Assembly (NCBI GenBank): GCA_016795205.1
Contig: JAEUHZ010000045.1
Location: forward strand, 1 to 64,000
Direction of reading: 5' to 3'
Length of the DNA stretch: 64,000 bases
DNA from: Planctomycetota bacterium
Lineage (GTDB): Bacteria > Planctomycetota > UBA1135 > GCA-002686595
Below, piece by piece: positions 1 to 9,025 of this stretch. The notes under the pieces were generated by a model that did not search any database, was not told the origin of the DNA, and worked only from the letters and a program-made list of their open reading frames with translations. The first letter of the stretch is position 1, and each line of letters starts with the position of its first letter. A program made the position numbers and the translations under genes.

Positions 1-78
1 TGGTGACCCCAAGGGGATTTGAACCCCTGTCGCCAGGATGAAAACCTGGTGTCCTAGGCCGGGCTAGACGATGGGGCC
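1..78 (-). tRNA. tRNA-Glu (anticodon UUC), encoded CCA
   Basis: Reverse complement GGCCCCATCGTCTAGCCCGGCCTAGGACACCAGGTTTTCATCCTGGCGACAGGGGTTCAAATCCCCTTGGGGTCACCA folds as a cloverleaf. 7-bp acceptor stem. Anticodon loop TTTTCAT gives UUC. T-loop GGTTCAAATCC. Confidence 0.85.
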
Positions 79-146
79 GACCGGGTCGAACCCGGCCCGG
101 GGGCCGCGTTCGAGGGCGGGGAAAGTACGGCCAGCTCTCCCTGCTG

Positions 147-1460
147 TCAACGCCCCGCGAGGTCCGGCGCGCGCCAGCCCTGACGCTCCAGGACGGCGAG
201 CACGCGGCGCAGCTCGCGCTCGATGCCCTCGACGAGCGGGTCCGTGCCGCGCACCCAGCCGGGCAGCGCTTCCCAGGTGTAGGTCTCGATCTCGACGTGG
301 AGCTCGGGGGTCGACCAGCCGGCGGGCTCGCGGGCCAGGGCTGCGAGCAGCGCCTCGGCCTCGTCGCGCGTGGTCTCGAGCGCGGCGCCGGCTGCTGCCA
401 GGTCGACGGGCACGTGGAAGTGGCAGCTCCAGCTCGCGGCGCGCAGCCAGGCGGCCCGGCGCGGACCTGCGAGCTCGCGCGCGAGGTCGGGCAGGTCGTC
501 GACCGCCAGGAGCTCGCCCGCGCCGTGGCCGCGGACCTGGTGCAGAAAGCGTGGCTCGGCCAGCGCCAACAGCGCCTCGAGCGCGTGCGGGTTGGCGGCC
601 GGCGACGGAACGCGCAGCGCGCTCGAGTGCTGGTACTTCGCCGGGCCGGCGCGCCGGCCGGCGCTGAGGTCTGCCGCGACCTCGGCGGCCTCGCCCTCCA
701 CGGCCGCGTGGCAGGCGTCGAGACAGGCACCGAGGTGGCGCTCGACGAGCGCGGCGGCGCGCTCGGGGGCGCGGTTGCGCTCCGCTTCCAGGAGCGAGCG
801 CGCGCGCGGCCGCACGAACGCGAGGAGCTGGTCCAGCGCGCGCTGGGTGGCGGCGTTGGCGCCCGGCTCGGGCTCGAGCGCCAGGACCACGCGCACACCA
901 GTCGCCTCCTCGAGCGAAGCCAAGCCGTCGACGCAGCGTGCGAGCTGGAACGCGGCGACCTCGAGCTCGCGCGCCCCGGAGAGCGCCGGGCCGAACCCGC
1001 CGGTGTGCGTGCTCAGCGAGACGTGCCGCCCGCGAGCACCCGCGGCCCCGTCGAGGCTCACGGCGAGCGCGGTCGCGACGCGCGCGACATCGAGCGTGAA
1101 TGCCAAGCGCTCGCCCGCGGACCAGTCCGGCTCGAAGACGCGCGCCTTGAGGCCCGCGGCGCCGAAACCGCCGAAGGGGAACGCGTTCCAGGTGAACGGG
1201 TCGAGGCCCAAGGCCTCGATCTCGCGCGCCAGCCGTTCGAGCTCGTCCGCGCCCGCGGGGTCGGCCAGCCGCCGCGCCAGCGCGGCCGGGGCGTAGAGTC
1301 CCACGCCGAGCGAGCCCGGGAGGCCCAGGCGCTGGCGCACCGGCGCTGCGACGTCGGACAGGAGTTCGAGCAGCTCGTCGACGCTGGCGCACTCGCGCAG
1401 GTTCAAGCCGTAACCCAGGCGGATGCGCCGGCCAGCGTGCTCAGGGTGCGTCAGGATCAC
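147..1460 (-). CDS. Xylose-isomerase-like TIM-barrel protein (sugar phosphate isomerase/epimerase family, possibly EboE-like). GTG start.
   Basis: 436-aa ORF, codon-biased frame. Motifs LGYGLNL and VVLALEPEPG are typical of AP-endonuclease-2/xylose isomerase-like barrels. Identity not certain. Confidence 0.45.
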   Translation of the reverse strand: MILTHPEHAGRRIRLGYGLNLRECASVDELLELLSDVAAPVRQRLGLPGSLGVGLYAPAALARRLADPAGADELERLAREIEALGLDPFTWNAFPFGGFGAAGLKARVFEPDWSAGERLAFTLDVARVATALAVSLDGAAGARGRHVSLSTHTGGFGPALSGARELEVAAFQLARCVDGLASLEEATGVRVVLALEPEPGANAATQRALDQLLAFVRPRARSLLEAERNRAPERAAALVERHLGACLDACHAAVEGEAAEVAADLSAGRRAGPAKYQHSSALRVPSPAANPHALEALLALAEPRFLHQVRGHGAGELLAVDDLPDLARELAGPRRAAWLRAASWSCHFHVPVDLAAAGAALETTRDEAEALLAALAREPAGWSTPELHVEIETYTWEALPGWVRGTDPLVEGIERELRRVLAVLERQGWRAPDLAGR

Positions 1461-1521
1461 GGGGCCCGCTCCCGGCGACGCGGTGCGCGCGCGCGGAGCC
1501 CGCCGGGCTCACGGCGCCCGC

Positions 1522-1794
1522 TCAGGTGGGGATCCCCTCGTCGACGAGCAGGACCGGAATGCCCTCGCGGATCGGATACACGATCTGGCCGTCCTGACGC
1601 ACGAGGCCGGCTTCGAGCTCGGCCTCGACGAGCTTCCCGCCGACGTTCTTGACCGCGCCGGCCCGCACGCGCGCGTTGAGGCGCTCGAGGACGTCGGCGC
1701 CGGCCTCGGACAGCCGCTGGCGCGTGTCGGGGCAGGCCAGCATCTCGAGCAGGTCGCGGTCGATCGTGCGCCGGTTCTTCGCGGGGGAGGCCAT
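1522..1794 (-). CDS. Trm112/YcaR-family (UPF0434) small zinc-ribbon-like protein
   Basis: 90 aa. LLEMLACPDTRQRL ... DGQIVYPIREGIPVLLVDEGIP matches the Trm112p-like (DUF343) signature. Lies in the lower-left end of an artefactual 1797-aa ORF. Confidence 0.7.
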   Translation of the reverse strand: MASPAKNRRTIDRDLLEMLACPDTRQRLSEAGADVLERLNARVRAGAVKNVGGKLVEAELEAGLVRQDGQIVYPIREGIPVLLVDEGIPT

Positions 1795-1896
1795 GGGCCG
1801 CGAAGTGTAGCGCGCGGGCGCGCCGCGCGCCGTCGGGCCCCGCGGCCGGCCCGGAGGCTTGACAGGCGGGCGGCGCCGGCCGAGCCTCCGCGCTCC

Positions 1897-2934
1897 GTGT
1901 TCCTGGCCACAGTCTTCGCCCTCGGCGCGACGATCCAGACGGCTGCGACCGCGGCCGAGCCGCGCTTCGAGTTCGAGCCCCAGGGGGCCCCGGCCTGGAT
2001 CGCGCGCCTGGAGCCCGGCGTGCGGCCTGCGGCGCTCGAGCGCGCCGATCGGGCCGCGGACTGGGCTGACCCGGCGACGCTCGAGCGCTGGCGCGCGGCG
2101 CTCGCAGCGGCGGCTGCTGGCGCCAACCCGACGGCCCGCGCCCGGCTCTCCGTGCTGGCCCTGCGCGCCGGGCGCGCGGACGACGGCTGGCGTCACCTCG
2201 CGGCGGCGGCCGCCGAGCCGGCGCTCGCGGCCGCGCTCCTGCCGCTGTTCCTGCCGGGGATCGGCCCCGACGAAGCCGCCGGACAGGGCGGGCTGGCTGG
2301 CCCGCTCGCGGACGGCGTGATCCTCGCGCCCGCGACCCCGCCGCGCGCGCGGCCCGCGGAGCGCGGCCGGGTCGAGCGGCGCGCGATGCGGGTCAGCGGG
2401 CTGCGCGTGGGCGAGGCGCTGCTCGCATTGCGCGTGGCCGTGGAGCCCGAGGGCGTCCAGATCGACGTGGCGCACCTCGCGGGCGGCCCGGCGCGGCTGC
2501 GCGTGCGGCTGCCGAGCGAGCCGGGCTTCCGGCTCGCGAACGAGTACGTGAACTGGTACCGGGTCGAGCGCCCCGGCGAGGCGCACGCGATCGAAGTGCG
2601 ACCGGGCGACGAGCCCCACACGCTCTACGGGCGCTTCGAGCCCGACCGGGAGGCGCCCCGCTTCGCCCTGCCGGTGCAGCGGCCGGCGCTGCTCGACTCG
2701 GGTGGCCTCGCGATCCGTCCCGGACCGCGCGACGGTGACCTCGCGCGCGCCGAGGCCCTGGCGCGGGCCCTCGCCGGCCCGCCGCTCGCGCTCGAGGCGC
2801 GCGTGGCGCCGCGCGGAGCACCGGCCGCTCCGGACGGACGCTCCGCGATCGAGGTCGACCTCTCCGACCCCCAGACGGCCGATGCCAAGCTCGCGGCGTT
2901 GCTGGGCGCGATCGAGCAGTTCGTCCTGCGTTGA
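1897..2934 (+). CDS. Hypothetical secreted protein (putative GTG start, signal-peptide-like N-terminus)
   Basis: 345 aa after trimming the part that overlaps Trm112 antisense. N-terminus (V)FLATVFALGATIQTAATAAEP is hydrophobic. No recognisable domain. Confidence 0.4.
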   Translation: MFLATVFALGATIQTAATAAEPRFEFEPQGAPAWIARLEPGVRPAALERADRAADWADPATLERWRAALAAAAAGANPTARARLSVLALRAGRADDGWRHLAAAAAEPALAAALLPLFLPGIGPDEAAGQGGLAGPLADGVILAPATPPRARPAERGRVERRAMRVSGLRVGEALLALRVAVEPEGVQIDVAHLAGGPARLRVRLPSEPGFRLANEYVNWYRVERPGEAHAIEVRPGDEPHTLYGRFEPDREAPRFALPVQRPALLDSGGLAIRPGPRDGDLARAEALARALAGPPLALEARVAPRGAPAAPDGRSAIEVDLSDPQTADAKLAALLGAIEQFVLR

Positions 2935-3033
2935 AGAGCGCGCGCGCGGGCGAGTAGTCTCTCGCGGCGGAGGGAGGCTCCTCCCGCCCGCTCGCAGTCC
3001 CCCGCGGCCCCCCTCCCCGAGCGTCCCCTCTCG

Positions 3034-3597
3034 ATGGCCGGTTCGATCCAGACCGTCTACCTCGTGTGCGCCGCCGCGGGCGGGACCGTGCTCCTGGCGC
3101 AGACGGCGCTCTTGCTCTTCGGGCACGGCGACGACGCCGAGGCCGGAGCGCACGACGCCGATCACGCCGATGCGACCCATGCCGACGCCGGCATGTCGCT
3201 GCTCTCCGTGCGCACGATCTCGGCCTTCCTGGCCTTCTTCGGACTGGCCGGCTGGGCGGGCACGCGCGCCGGCTGGGGCACGCTGCCGACGCTGGCGGCC
3301 GCTCTGGGCGCCGGATCCGTGATGCTCGTCGGCGTGGCCTGGCTCTTCAGCCTCCAGCGCAAGCTCACCGCGGTCGGCAACCTCGACCCGGCGGGTGCCG
3401 TGGGCAAGGTCGCACGCGTCTACCTGCGCATCCCGGGCGCGAACGGCGGCAAGGGCAAGATCCACGTCGTCGTCCAGGGCCGCACGGCCGAGTTGGCGGC
3501 CTTCACGCGGGGCGCGAGCGCGATCGACACCGGGGCCGAGGTGCGCGTCGTGCGCCAGGTCACGCCGGACACCTTCGAAGTCGAAGCGGTCGACTGA
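3034..3597 (+). CDS. NfeD-like membrane protein (short form, OB-fold C-terminus)
   Basis: 187 aa with N-terminal TM helices and a C-terminal beta-rich region (KIHVVVQGRTAELAAF...EVRVVRQV). Immediately upstream of flotillin, the classic nfeD-SPFH arrangement. Confidence 0.7.
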   Translation: MAGSIQTVYLVCAAAGGTVLLAQTALLLFGHGDDAEAGAHDADHADATHADAGMSLLSVRTISAFLAFFGLAGWAGTRAGWGTLPTLAAALGAGSVMLVGVAWLFSLQRKLTAVGNLDPAGAVGKVARVYLRIPGANGGKGKIHVVVQGRTAELAAFTRGASAIDTGAEVRVVRQVTPDTFEVEAVD

Positions 3598-3654
3598 CCC
3601 CGCCGCACGCCGGCCATCAGCCCCTCCCCCCCCATTGCTGCCGCGAGTCCCCGC

Positions 3655-5406
3655 ATGAAGCCTCTCTTCGCCCTGCTCCAGTCCGACGGCCTGGCCGAGC
3701 TGCCGCTGATCCTGATGGTGGTGCTCGGGATCATCGTGCTCCTGAGCTTCCTGCTCGTGATCGCGCGCCGCTACAAGCGCTGCCCGAGCAACCGGATCCT
3801 GGTCGTGTACGGCAAGACCGGCACCGGGCGGTCCTCCAAGTGCATCCACGGCGGTGGCATCTTCGTCTGGCCGCTGATCCAGAACTACGAGTACCTGGCC
3901 CTCGATCCCTTGCAGATCGAGATCCCGCTGCAAGGCGCGCTGTCGATCGAGAACATCCGCGTCAACGTGCCGTCGGTCTTCACCGTGGCGATCGGCACCG
4001 ACGAGGAGACGATGAACAACGCCTCGGTGCGCCTGCTGGGCCTCAAGACGCCCGACATCGTCAAGCAGGCCGAGGACATCATCTTCGGCCAACTGCGCCA
4101 GGTCATCGCGTCGATGCGCATCGACGAGATCAACCGCGACCGTGAGACGTTCCTGGAGAAGATCCAGAAGAACCTGGAGCCGGAGCTCAAGAAGATCGGC
4201 CTCGTGCTGATCAACGTGAACATCAAGGACATCACGGACGAGTCCGGCTACATCGAGGCCATCGGCCGCAAGGCCGCCTCCGAGGCCATCCAGCAGGCCG
4301 AGATCGACGTGGCGCAGCAGGTGCGCAAGGGCGCGATCGGCGTCGCCGAGGCCGACCGCGTCAAGGCCATCGAGGTCGCCAACAACGAGAAGCTGCGCGA
4401 CATGGGGGTCAAGGAGGCCGAGCGCGAGCGCGCCGTGCGCGTCGCCGACCTCGACAAGGACCGCAAGATCGGCGAGCAGACCGCGCTGTTCCAGGAGGAG
4501 GCGCAGGTGCGCGAGGCGGAGCGGCAGATGCGCATCGCCGTCGCCGAGGCCAACGCCAAGGCCGTGGCCGGCGAGAACACCAGCAAGGCCGCGGTGGCGG
4601 CCGCGAACGCCGAGCTGTCGGTGCGCGAGGCCGAGGCCCAGGCGCTCGCGATCCAGGGCGGGAACAAGGCGCGCGGGGCCATGGCGGCCGCCAACGCCGA
4701 GCTCAAGGTGCGCGAGGCCGAGGCCTATCAGTTGGGCGAGACGCGCACGCGGGAGGCGCAGGCCAAGGTGCTCGAGGCGCAGTACCTGGCCCAGGCCAAG
4801 GCTGCCGAGGCGCAAGGCAAGAAGGTCGAGGCCGAGAAGCGCGCCGAGCTCGAGTCGCTGGCGCGCGCCGTGAAGAGCCAGGTCATCGTCGAGGCCGAGG
4901 CCGAGGCCGAGAAGCGTCGCATCGAAGCCGAGGGTGAGGCGCGCGCCAACTTCGCGCGGCTCGAAGCCGAGGCGCGCGGCCAGTACGAGATCCTGGCCAA
5001 GAAGGGCGAGGGCCTCAAGAAGATCATCGAGAGCTGCGGCGGCGCGGACCACGCCTTCCGTCTGCTCATGCTGGAGCACATCGAGGAGCTCTCGAAGACC
5101 GCTGCTTCGGCGATCGCGAACATCAAGTTCGACAAGGTCGTCGTGTGGGACTCCGGGAGCGCCGCGGGCGGCGCCGGCGCCACGCAGAACTTCATCAAGG
5201 GCGTGGCGGGAGCGCTGCCGCCGATGATGCACATGATGAGCGAGATCGGCGGGGTCAAGATGCCCGAGTACTTCGGGACCCTGAGGAGCGACGAAGCACC
5301 GGCCGCCGAGCGCCCCGCGGCGTCCAGGACCCCCGAGCAGCCCGCGGCCCTGGGGGACGCGGCCGCCGCTGCCGGCCCGCGCCGCGCGCCGCCCGAGACG
5401 GACTGA
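3655..5406 (+). CDS. Flotillin-like SPFH/band-7 protein (FloT/YqiK family)
   Basis: 583 aa. N-terminal TM helix, SPFH domain, then a long Ala/Glu-rich coiled coil (AEAQ.. repeats) typical of flotillins. Confidence 0.85.
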   Translation: MKPLFALLQSDGLAELPLILMVVLGIIVLLSFLLVIARRYKRCPSNRILVVYGKTGTGRSSKCIHGGGIFVWPLIQNYEYLALDPLQIEIPLQGALSIENIRVNVPSVFTVAIGTDEETMNNASVRLLGLKTPDIVKQAEDIIFGQLRQVIASMRIDEINRDRETFLEKIQKNLEPELKKIGLVLINVNIKDITDESGYIEAIGRKAASEAIQQAEIDVAQQVRKGAIGVAEADRVKAIEVANNEKLRDMGVKEAERERAVRVADLDKDRKIGEQTALFQEEAQVREAERQMRIAVAEANAKAVAGENTSKAAVAAANAELSVREAEAQALAIQGGNKARGAMAAANAELKVREAEAYQLGETRTREAQAKVLEAQYLAQAKAAEAQGKKVEAEKRAELESLARAVKSQVIVEAEAEAEKRRIEAEGEARANFARLEAEARGQYEILAKKGEGLKKIIESCGGADHAFRLLMLEHIEELSKTAASAIANIKFDKVVVWDSGSAAGGAGATQNFIKGVAGALPPMMHMMSEIGGVKMPEYFGTLRSDEAPAAERPAASRTPEQPAALGDAAAAAGPRRAPPETD

Positions 5407-5414
5407 GGGCTCGC

Positions 5415-5550
5415 GCCCCGGAAAGTGCCGCGCCCCGGAAAGTGCCGCGCCCCGGACAGTGCCGCGCCCCGGACAGTGCCGCACGCCGGACAGTGCCGCA
5501 CGCCGGACAGTGCCGCACGCCGGACAGTGCCGCGACCCGGCCGCCTGCCG
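5415..5550. repeat. Tandem direct repeat: 7 copies of a 17-bp unit GCCCCGGA(A/C)AGTGCCGC plus one degenerate copy
   Basis: Read directly: gccccggaaagtgccgc x2, gccccggacagtgccgc x2, acgccggacagtgccgc x3, then gacccggccgcctgccgc. Starts 9 nt after the flotillin stop. Intergenic before pepP. Confidence 0.9.
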
Positions 5551-5664
5551 CGACCGCCGCCACACGCAGCGGGCCACAGGCCCGTCGAGCGCCGGCTCCC
5601 AGCGCGGTTCGCGGGTTCCGCCCCGTTCCGGTTCGGGCTCCGCGATCCTACCCTGCGCTCCACG

Positions 5665-7002
5665 ATGATCGACTTCGCCGCGCACCGACGCCGCTTCCTC
5701 GACGTGCTCTCGGCCCAACGCGCCGCGGCCGTGGTGGCCACGTCTCCCGCCCGGCTCCGCAATGCCGACACGGAGCACCGCTTCCGGCCCGACAGCGACT
5801 TCTGGTGGCTCACCGGCTTCGCCGAGCCCGAGAGCGTGCTGGTCCTGCTGCCAGCGCTCGAGCCGGAATCGCGAGCGCGCAGCGTGCTGTTCCTGCGGGA
5901 GCGCGACCGCGAGCGCGAGACCTGGAACGGGCGCCGACTCGGAGTCGAGTCCGCCGCCGGGGCGCTCCTGGTCGACGAGGCCCGAGCGATCGGGAAGCTC
6001 TGGACGGACCTCCCCGCGCTCCTGCGCGGCTACGAGCGCATCGTCTACCGCACGGGCGTCGACGAGGCGCGCGATCGCGAGTTGCTGGCGGTCCTCGCTC
6101 GCCTGCGGGCGACGGTCAAGGTCGCGGCCCCGCCTCCGGCGGCGATCCTCGACCCCCAGACCTCGTTGCACGAGCTGCGCCTGGTGAAGGACGACGGCGA
6201 GTTGGAGGCCATGCGTCGCGCGGCGCGCATCACGCGTGAGGCGCACGTGGCCGCCATGCGCGCCGCGCGGCCGGGCGTGAACGAGCGCGAGATCGACGCG
6301 CTCCTGGACGGCACGTTCAGGCGCCTGGGCGGCACGGGCGCGGCGTACACGAACATCGTGGCCGGCGGCGCCAACGCCACGATCCTCCACTACATCGAGA
6401 ATCGCGAGCCGCTGCGCGACGGCGAACTGCTGCTCGTCGACGCCGGCTGCGAGTACGACTGGTACGCCTCGGACGTCACGCGCACGTTCCCGGTCAACGG
6501 CCGCTTCTCGGCCGACCAACGCGCGGTCTACGAAATCGTGCTGGAGGCGCAGCTCGCCGCGATCGAGGCCGTGAAGCCCGGCCTGCCCTTCGACGCGCCG
6601 CACCGCGCGGCCGTCGCCAAGCTCGCCGCCGGGCTCGCGCGCCTGGGGGTGCTGGAAGGCCCGCCCGAGGAGGCCGCCACCCAGCAAGCCCTCCAGCGCT
6701 TCACGCTGCATCGCACCAGCCACTGGCTCGGACTCGACGTCCACGACTGCGGCGCGTACCTCGTGGATGGAGCGCCGCGCCCCCTGGCGCCCGGCATGGT
6801 GTTGACCGTCGAGCCCGGACTGTACTTCGCGGCGGACGACGAGACCGTCGACCCGCGCTGGCGCGGGATCGGCGTGCGCATCGAGGACGACGTGCTCGTC
6901 ACGCCCGACGGCCACGAGGTGCTCACCCGCGGGATCCCGAAGCTGGTGGCCGAGATCGAGGAAGCCTGCGGCGCGGCGCGCCTCCTGGGTGCCAGCCCGT
7001 GA
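5665..7002 (+). CDS. pepP: Xaa-Pro aminopeptidase (M24B, PepP)
   Basis: 445 aa. N-terminal creatinase/prolidase domain and C-terminal pita-bread fold. Metal-ligand motifs LLLVDAGCEYDWYASDVTRTFPV, HxxGLDVHD and GMVLTVEPGLY...RIEDDVLVT. Confidence 0.85.
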   Translation: MIDFAAHRRRFLDVLSAQRAAAVVATSPARLRNADTEHRFRPDSDFWWLTGFAEPESVLVLLPALEPESRARSVLFLRERDRERETWNGRRLGVESAAGALLVDEARAIGKLWTDLPALLRGYERIVYRTGVDEARDRELLAVLARLRATVKVAAPPPAAILDPQTSLHELRLVKDDGELEAMRRAARITREAHVAAMRAARPGVNEREIDALLDGTFRRLGGTGAAYTNIVAGGANATILHYIENREPLRDGELLLVDAGCEYDWYASDVTRTFPVNGRFSADQRAVYEIVLEAQLAAIEAVKPGLPFDAPHRAAVAKLAAGLARLGVLEGPPEEAATQQALQRFTLHRTSHWLGLDVHDCGAYLVDGAPRPLAPGMVLTVEPGLYFAADDETVDPRWRGIGVRIEDDVLVTPDGHEVLTRGIPKLVAEIEEACGAARLLGASP

Positions 7003-7057
7003 GCGCCGCGCGCGGCAGGGGCGGGAATCACCGGGAAGGGAGCCCGTAGCACGGCCG

Positions 7058-8023
7058 ATGTCGCTCTGGCTCGGAAATCCCGGCGAGCGCTTCGTGCTCG
7101 CACGCGCTGTCGACGCGCTGGCCGAGGCCGCGCGGCAGGCCGGGAGGCCGGGGCTCGTGTGGCTCGCAGGGCTCTTCTACCCAGCGGTCGGCATCGGCCC
7201 CTCCGGCCCTTGGAGCGACCCGCTGCACGTGCGCTTCGGGCCCGGCGATGGCGGCGCCGCGCTCTCCGAGCTCGGCACGGGCCCACAGCTCGGCTCGGTC
7301 TTCGACTTCGTGATGCGGGCCTACACGCCGCTCTTCCTGGCGCCGTTCGTCGCGATCCTGTTCCTGCCCCTGTTCCGCCTCGTCGCGGGGCTGGCGCGGG
7401 TTGGCGCGGGCGAGGCGTGGCGCAGCGCCACCGCCGGGCGGCGCAGCCCGCGGCTCAGGACGCTGTGGGCGCTCGGGAGTGGGCTGACGCTCTCGACCTA
7501 CGGGCTCTGGCTCCAGCTCGTGCTCATGCAGATCCTGGCTTTCGTGGTGCTGCTCGTGCCGATCGTATGGGCCACGCAGACGCTCCCGCTGGCGTCCGAG
7601 GGCGATCGCATCGCGGTCCTGGTGGGGCTCGGTGCGGTCGTGGGGCCCGTGTTCCTGGTCTTCGGCCTGTACGTCCTGGCGCTGTCCGTGCTCGGGCAGT
7701 TGGGCCTCCAGAGCCTCGTCCAGAACCGCCGCGGCGTGTCCTCTGCGCTGCTCCACGCCTGGCGGATCATGCGCCAGGATCCCACCGCGACGGCCCGCGC
7801 CGTGCTCGCCGAGCTGTTGCTGTTCGCCGTGACGTTCCTGGCCGTGCGCGCGCTGGCCGGGGTGCTCGTCGGCGTACCGGGCGCAACCGCGATCACGGTC
7901 GTGTTCCAGTTCGGGCTCCTGGGCTTCGCCGGCGTGGTGCGCGCCGGGTACTGGGCCCGGGCCTACCGCGAGCTGGGCGGCCTCACGCCGGCCGACGGCG
8001 TGCCCGGTCTGGCGCGGGCCTGA
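7058..8023 (+). CDS. Hypothetical polytopic membrane protein
   Basis: 321 aa with several long hydrophobic segments and codon-biased frame. No recognisable domain. Start chosen at MSLWLG. Confidence 0.4.
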   Translation: MSLWLGNPGERFVLARAVDALAEAARQAGRPGLVWLAGLFYPAVGIGPSGPWSDPLHVRFGPGDGGAALSELGTGPQLGSVFDFVMRAYTPLFLAPFVAILFLPLFRLVAGLARVGAGEAWRSATAGRRSPRLRTLWALGSGLTLSTYGLWLQLVLMQILAFVVLLVPIVWATQTLPLASEGDRIAVLVGLGAVVGPVFLVFGLYVLALSVLGQLGLQSLVQNRRGVSSALLHAWRIMRQDPTATARAVLAELLLFAVTFLAVRALAGVLVGVPGATAITVVFQFGLLGFAGVVRAGYWARAYRELGGLTPADGVPGLARA

Positions 8024-8083
8024 CCGGGGCCGCGAGCAGAGCGGCCCGTGCGCCGCAGGTGCGACGCACGGGCCGTCTTGGGT

Positions 8084-8159
8084 TGGTGACCGCGGTAGGG
8101 CTCGAACCTACGACCTGATGATTAAGAGTCACCTGCTCTACCGACTGAGCTACGCGGCC
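8084..8159 (-). tRNA. tRNA-Lys (anticodon CUU), encoded CCA
   Basis: Revcomp GGCCGCGTAGCTCAGTCGGTAGAGCAGGTGACTCTTAATCATCAGGTCGTAGGTTCGAGCCCTACCGCGGTCACCA. Anticodon loop CTCTTAA. Confidence 0.85.
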
Positions 8160-8224
8160 GAATCAGGGGCGGAGAGGATGGACCCGACCGCCGCGCCTGT
8201 CAAGGGTCCACGACCGCGGCGGGG

Positions 8225-8300
<76 letters not shown>

Positions 8301-8464
8301 CGCTGCAATGATCGCGACCGAGGATAGCAGCTCCCGCGCCGCTCGTCCGTCGGGATCCAGGCGCACTCCTCGACTGCGATGCGGCGACTGAGCCAGGGTC
8401 CCCGTCGTCGCGCGGCGGTGCGGCCGGCGCCCGGGGGGCGCGGCTCTCGGAGCGCCGGGAGGCC

Positions 8465-9025
8465 TCAGACCTCCATGACCTCGGCCGTCTTCTTGTCCTG
8501 GTGCTGTTGGACCTTGTCCTCGTGCTCCTTGAGGAGCTTCTGGATGTCCTCGTGCAGCTTCTTGTTCTCGTCCTCGGTGAGATCGCCGTCCTTCCAGAGC
8601 TGGTCGGCGTGCTTGTTCTGGTCGCGGCGCACGTTGCGCAGTGCGATCTTGGCCTCCTCGCACAGCTCCTTGACGCGCGCCGCGTACTTCTTGCGCTGGT
8701 CACCCGACAGCGGCGGCATGGTCAGGCGCAGGACCTTGCCGTCGCTCTGCGGCTGGATGCCGAGGTCGCTCTTCTGGATGGCTTTCGAGATCTCCTGGAG
8801 CGCCGACCCGTCGAACGGCTTGATCATGATCTGCCGCGGCTCGGGGATCGAGATCTGCGCCATCTGGGAGATCGGCGTCATCTGGCCGTAGTAATCGACG
8901 CGGATGTTGTCGACGAGCGCCGGCGAGGCGCGCGACGTCCGGATCGTCTTGAGCTGGTCCGCCACGTGGTGGACCGCCTTCTCCATCTTGTCCTTCGTTT
9001 CCTTGACGATCGCTTGGCTGGTCAT
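8465..9025 (-). CDS. frr: Ribosome recycling factor
   Basis: 186 aa MTSQAIVKETKDKMEKAVHH...GDQRKKYAARVKELCEEAKIALRNVRRD. Canonical RRF. Start overlaps the pyrH stop (ATGA). Confidence 0.9.
   Translation of the reverse strand: MTSQAIVKETKDKMEKAVHHVADQLKTIRTSRASPALVDNIRVDYYGQMTPISQMAQISIPEPRQIMIKPFDGSALQEISKAIQKSDLGIQPQSDGKVLRLTMPPLSGDQRKKYAARVKELCEEAKIALRNVRRDQNKHADQLWKDGDLTEDENKKLHEDIQKLLKEHEDKVQQHQDKKTAEVMEV

Noticed and set aside
5415-5550. Possible CRISPR array
   Set aside because: The repeats are perfectly head-to-tail with no spacers and are only 17 bp long. There are no cas genes nearby.
1522-6915. 1797-aa ORF on the minus strand spanning Trm112 through pepP
   Set aside because: It is antisense to well-conserved plus-strand genes (NfeD, flotillin, PepP). 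Its translation is low-complexity Arg/Gly/Ala-rich. This is a typical stop-codon-poor antisense frame in 72% GC DNA. Only its last 90 codons (Trm112) are real.
7028-7756. 242-aa His/Glu/Asp/Arg-rich ORF on the minus strand
   Set aside because: It is antisense to the hydrophobic membrane protein 7058-8023. Extreme low-complexity composition is characteristic of antisense artefacts.
8301-8464. Rho-independent terminator after frr
   Set aside because: The GC-rich partial inverted repeats (GGCGCCCGG / CCGGGAGGCC) do not form a clean stem followed by a U-tract. Intrinsic terminators are hard to call in high-GC genomes.
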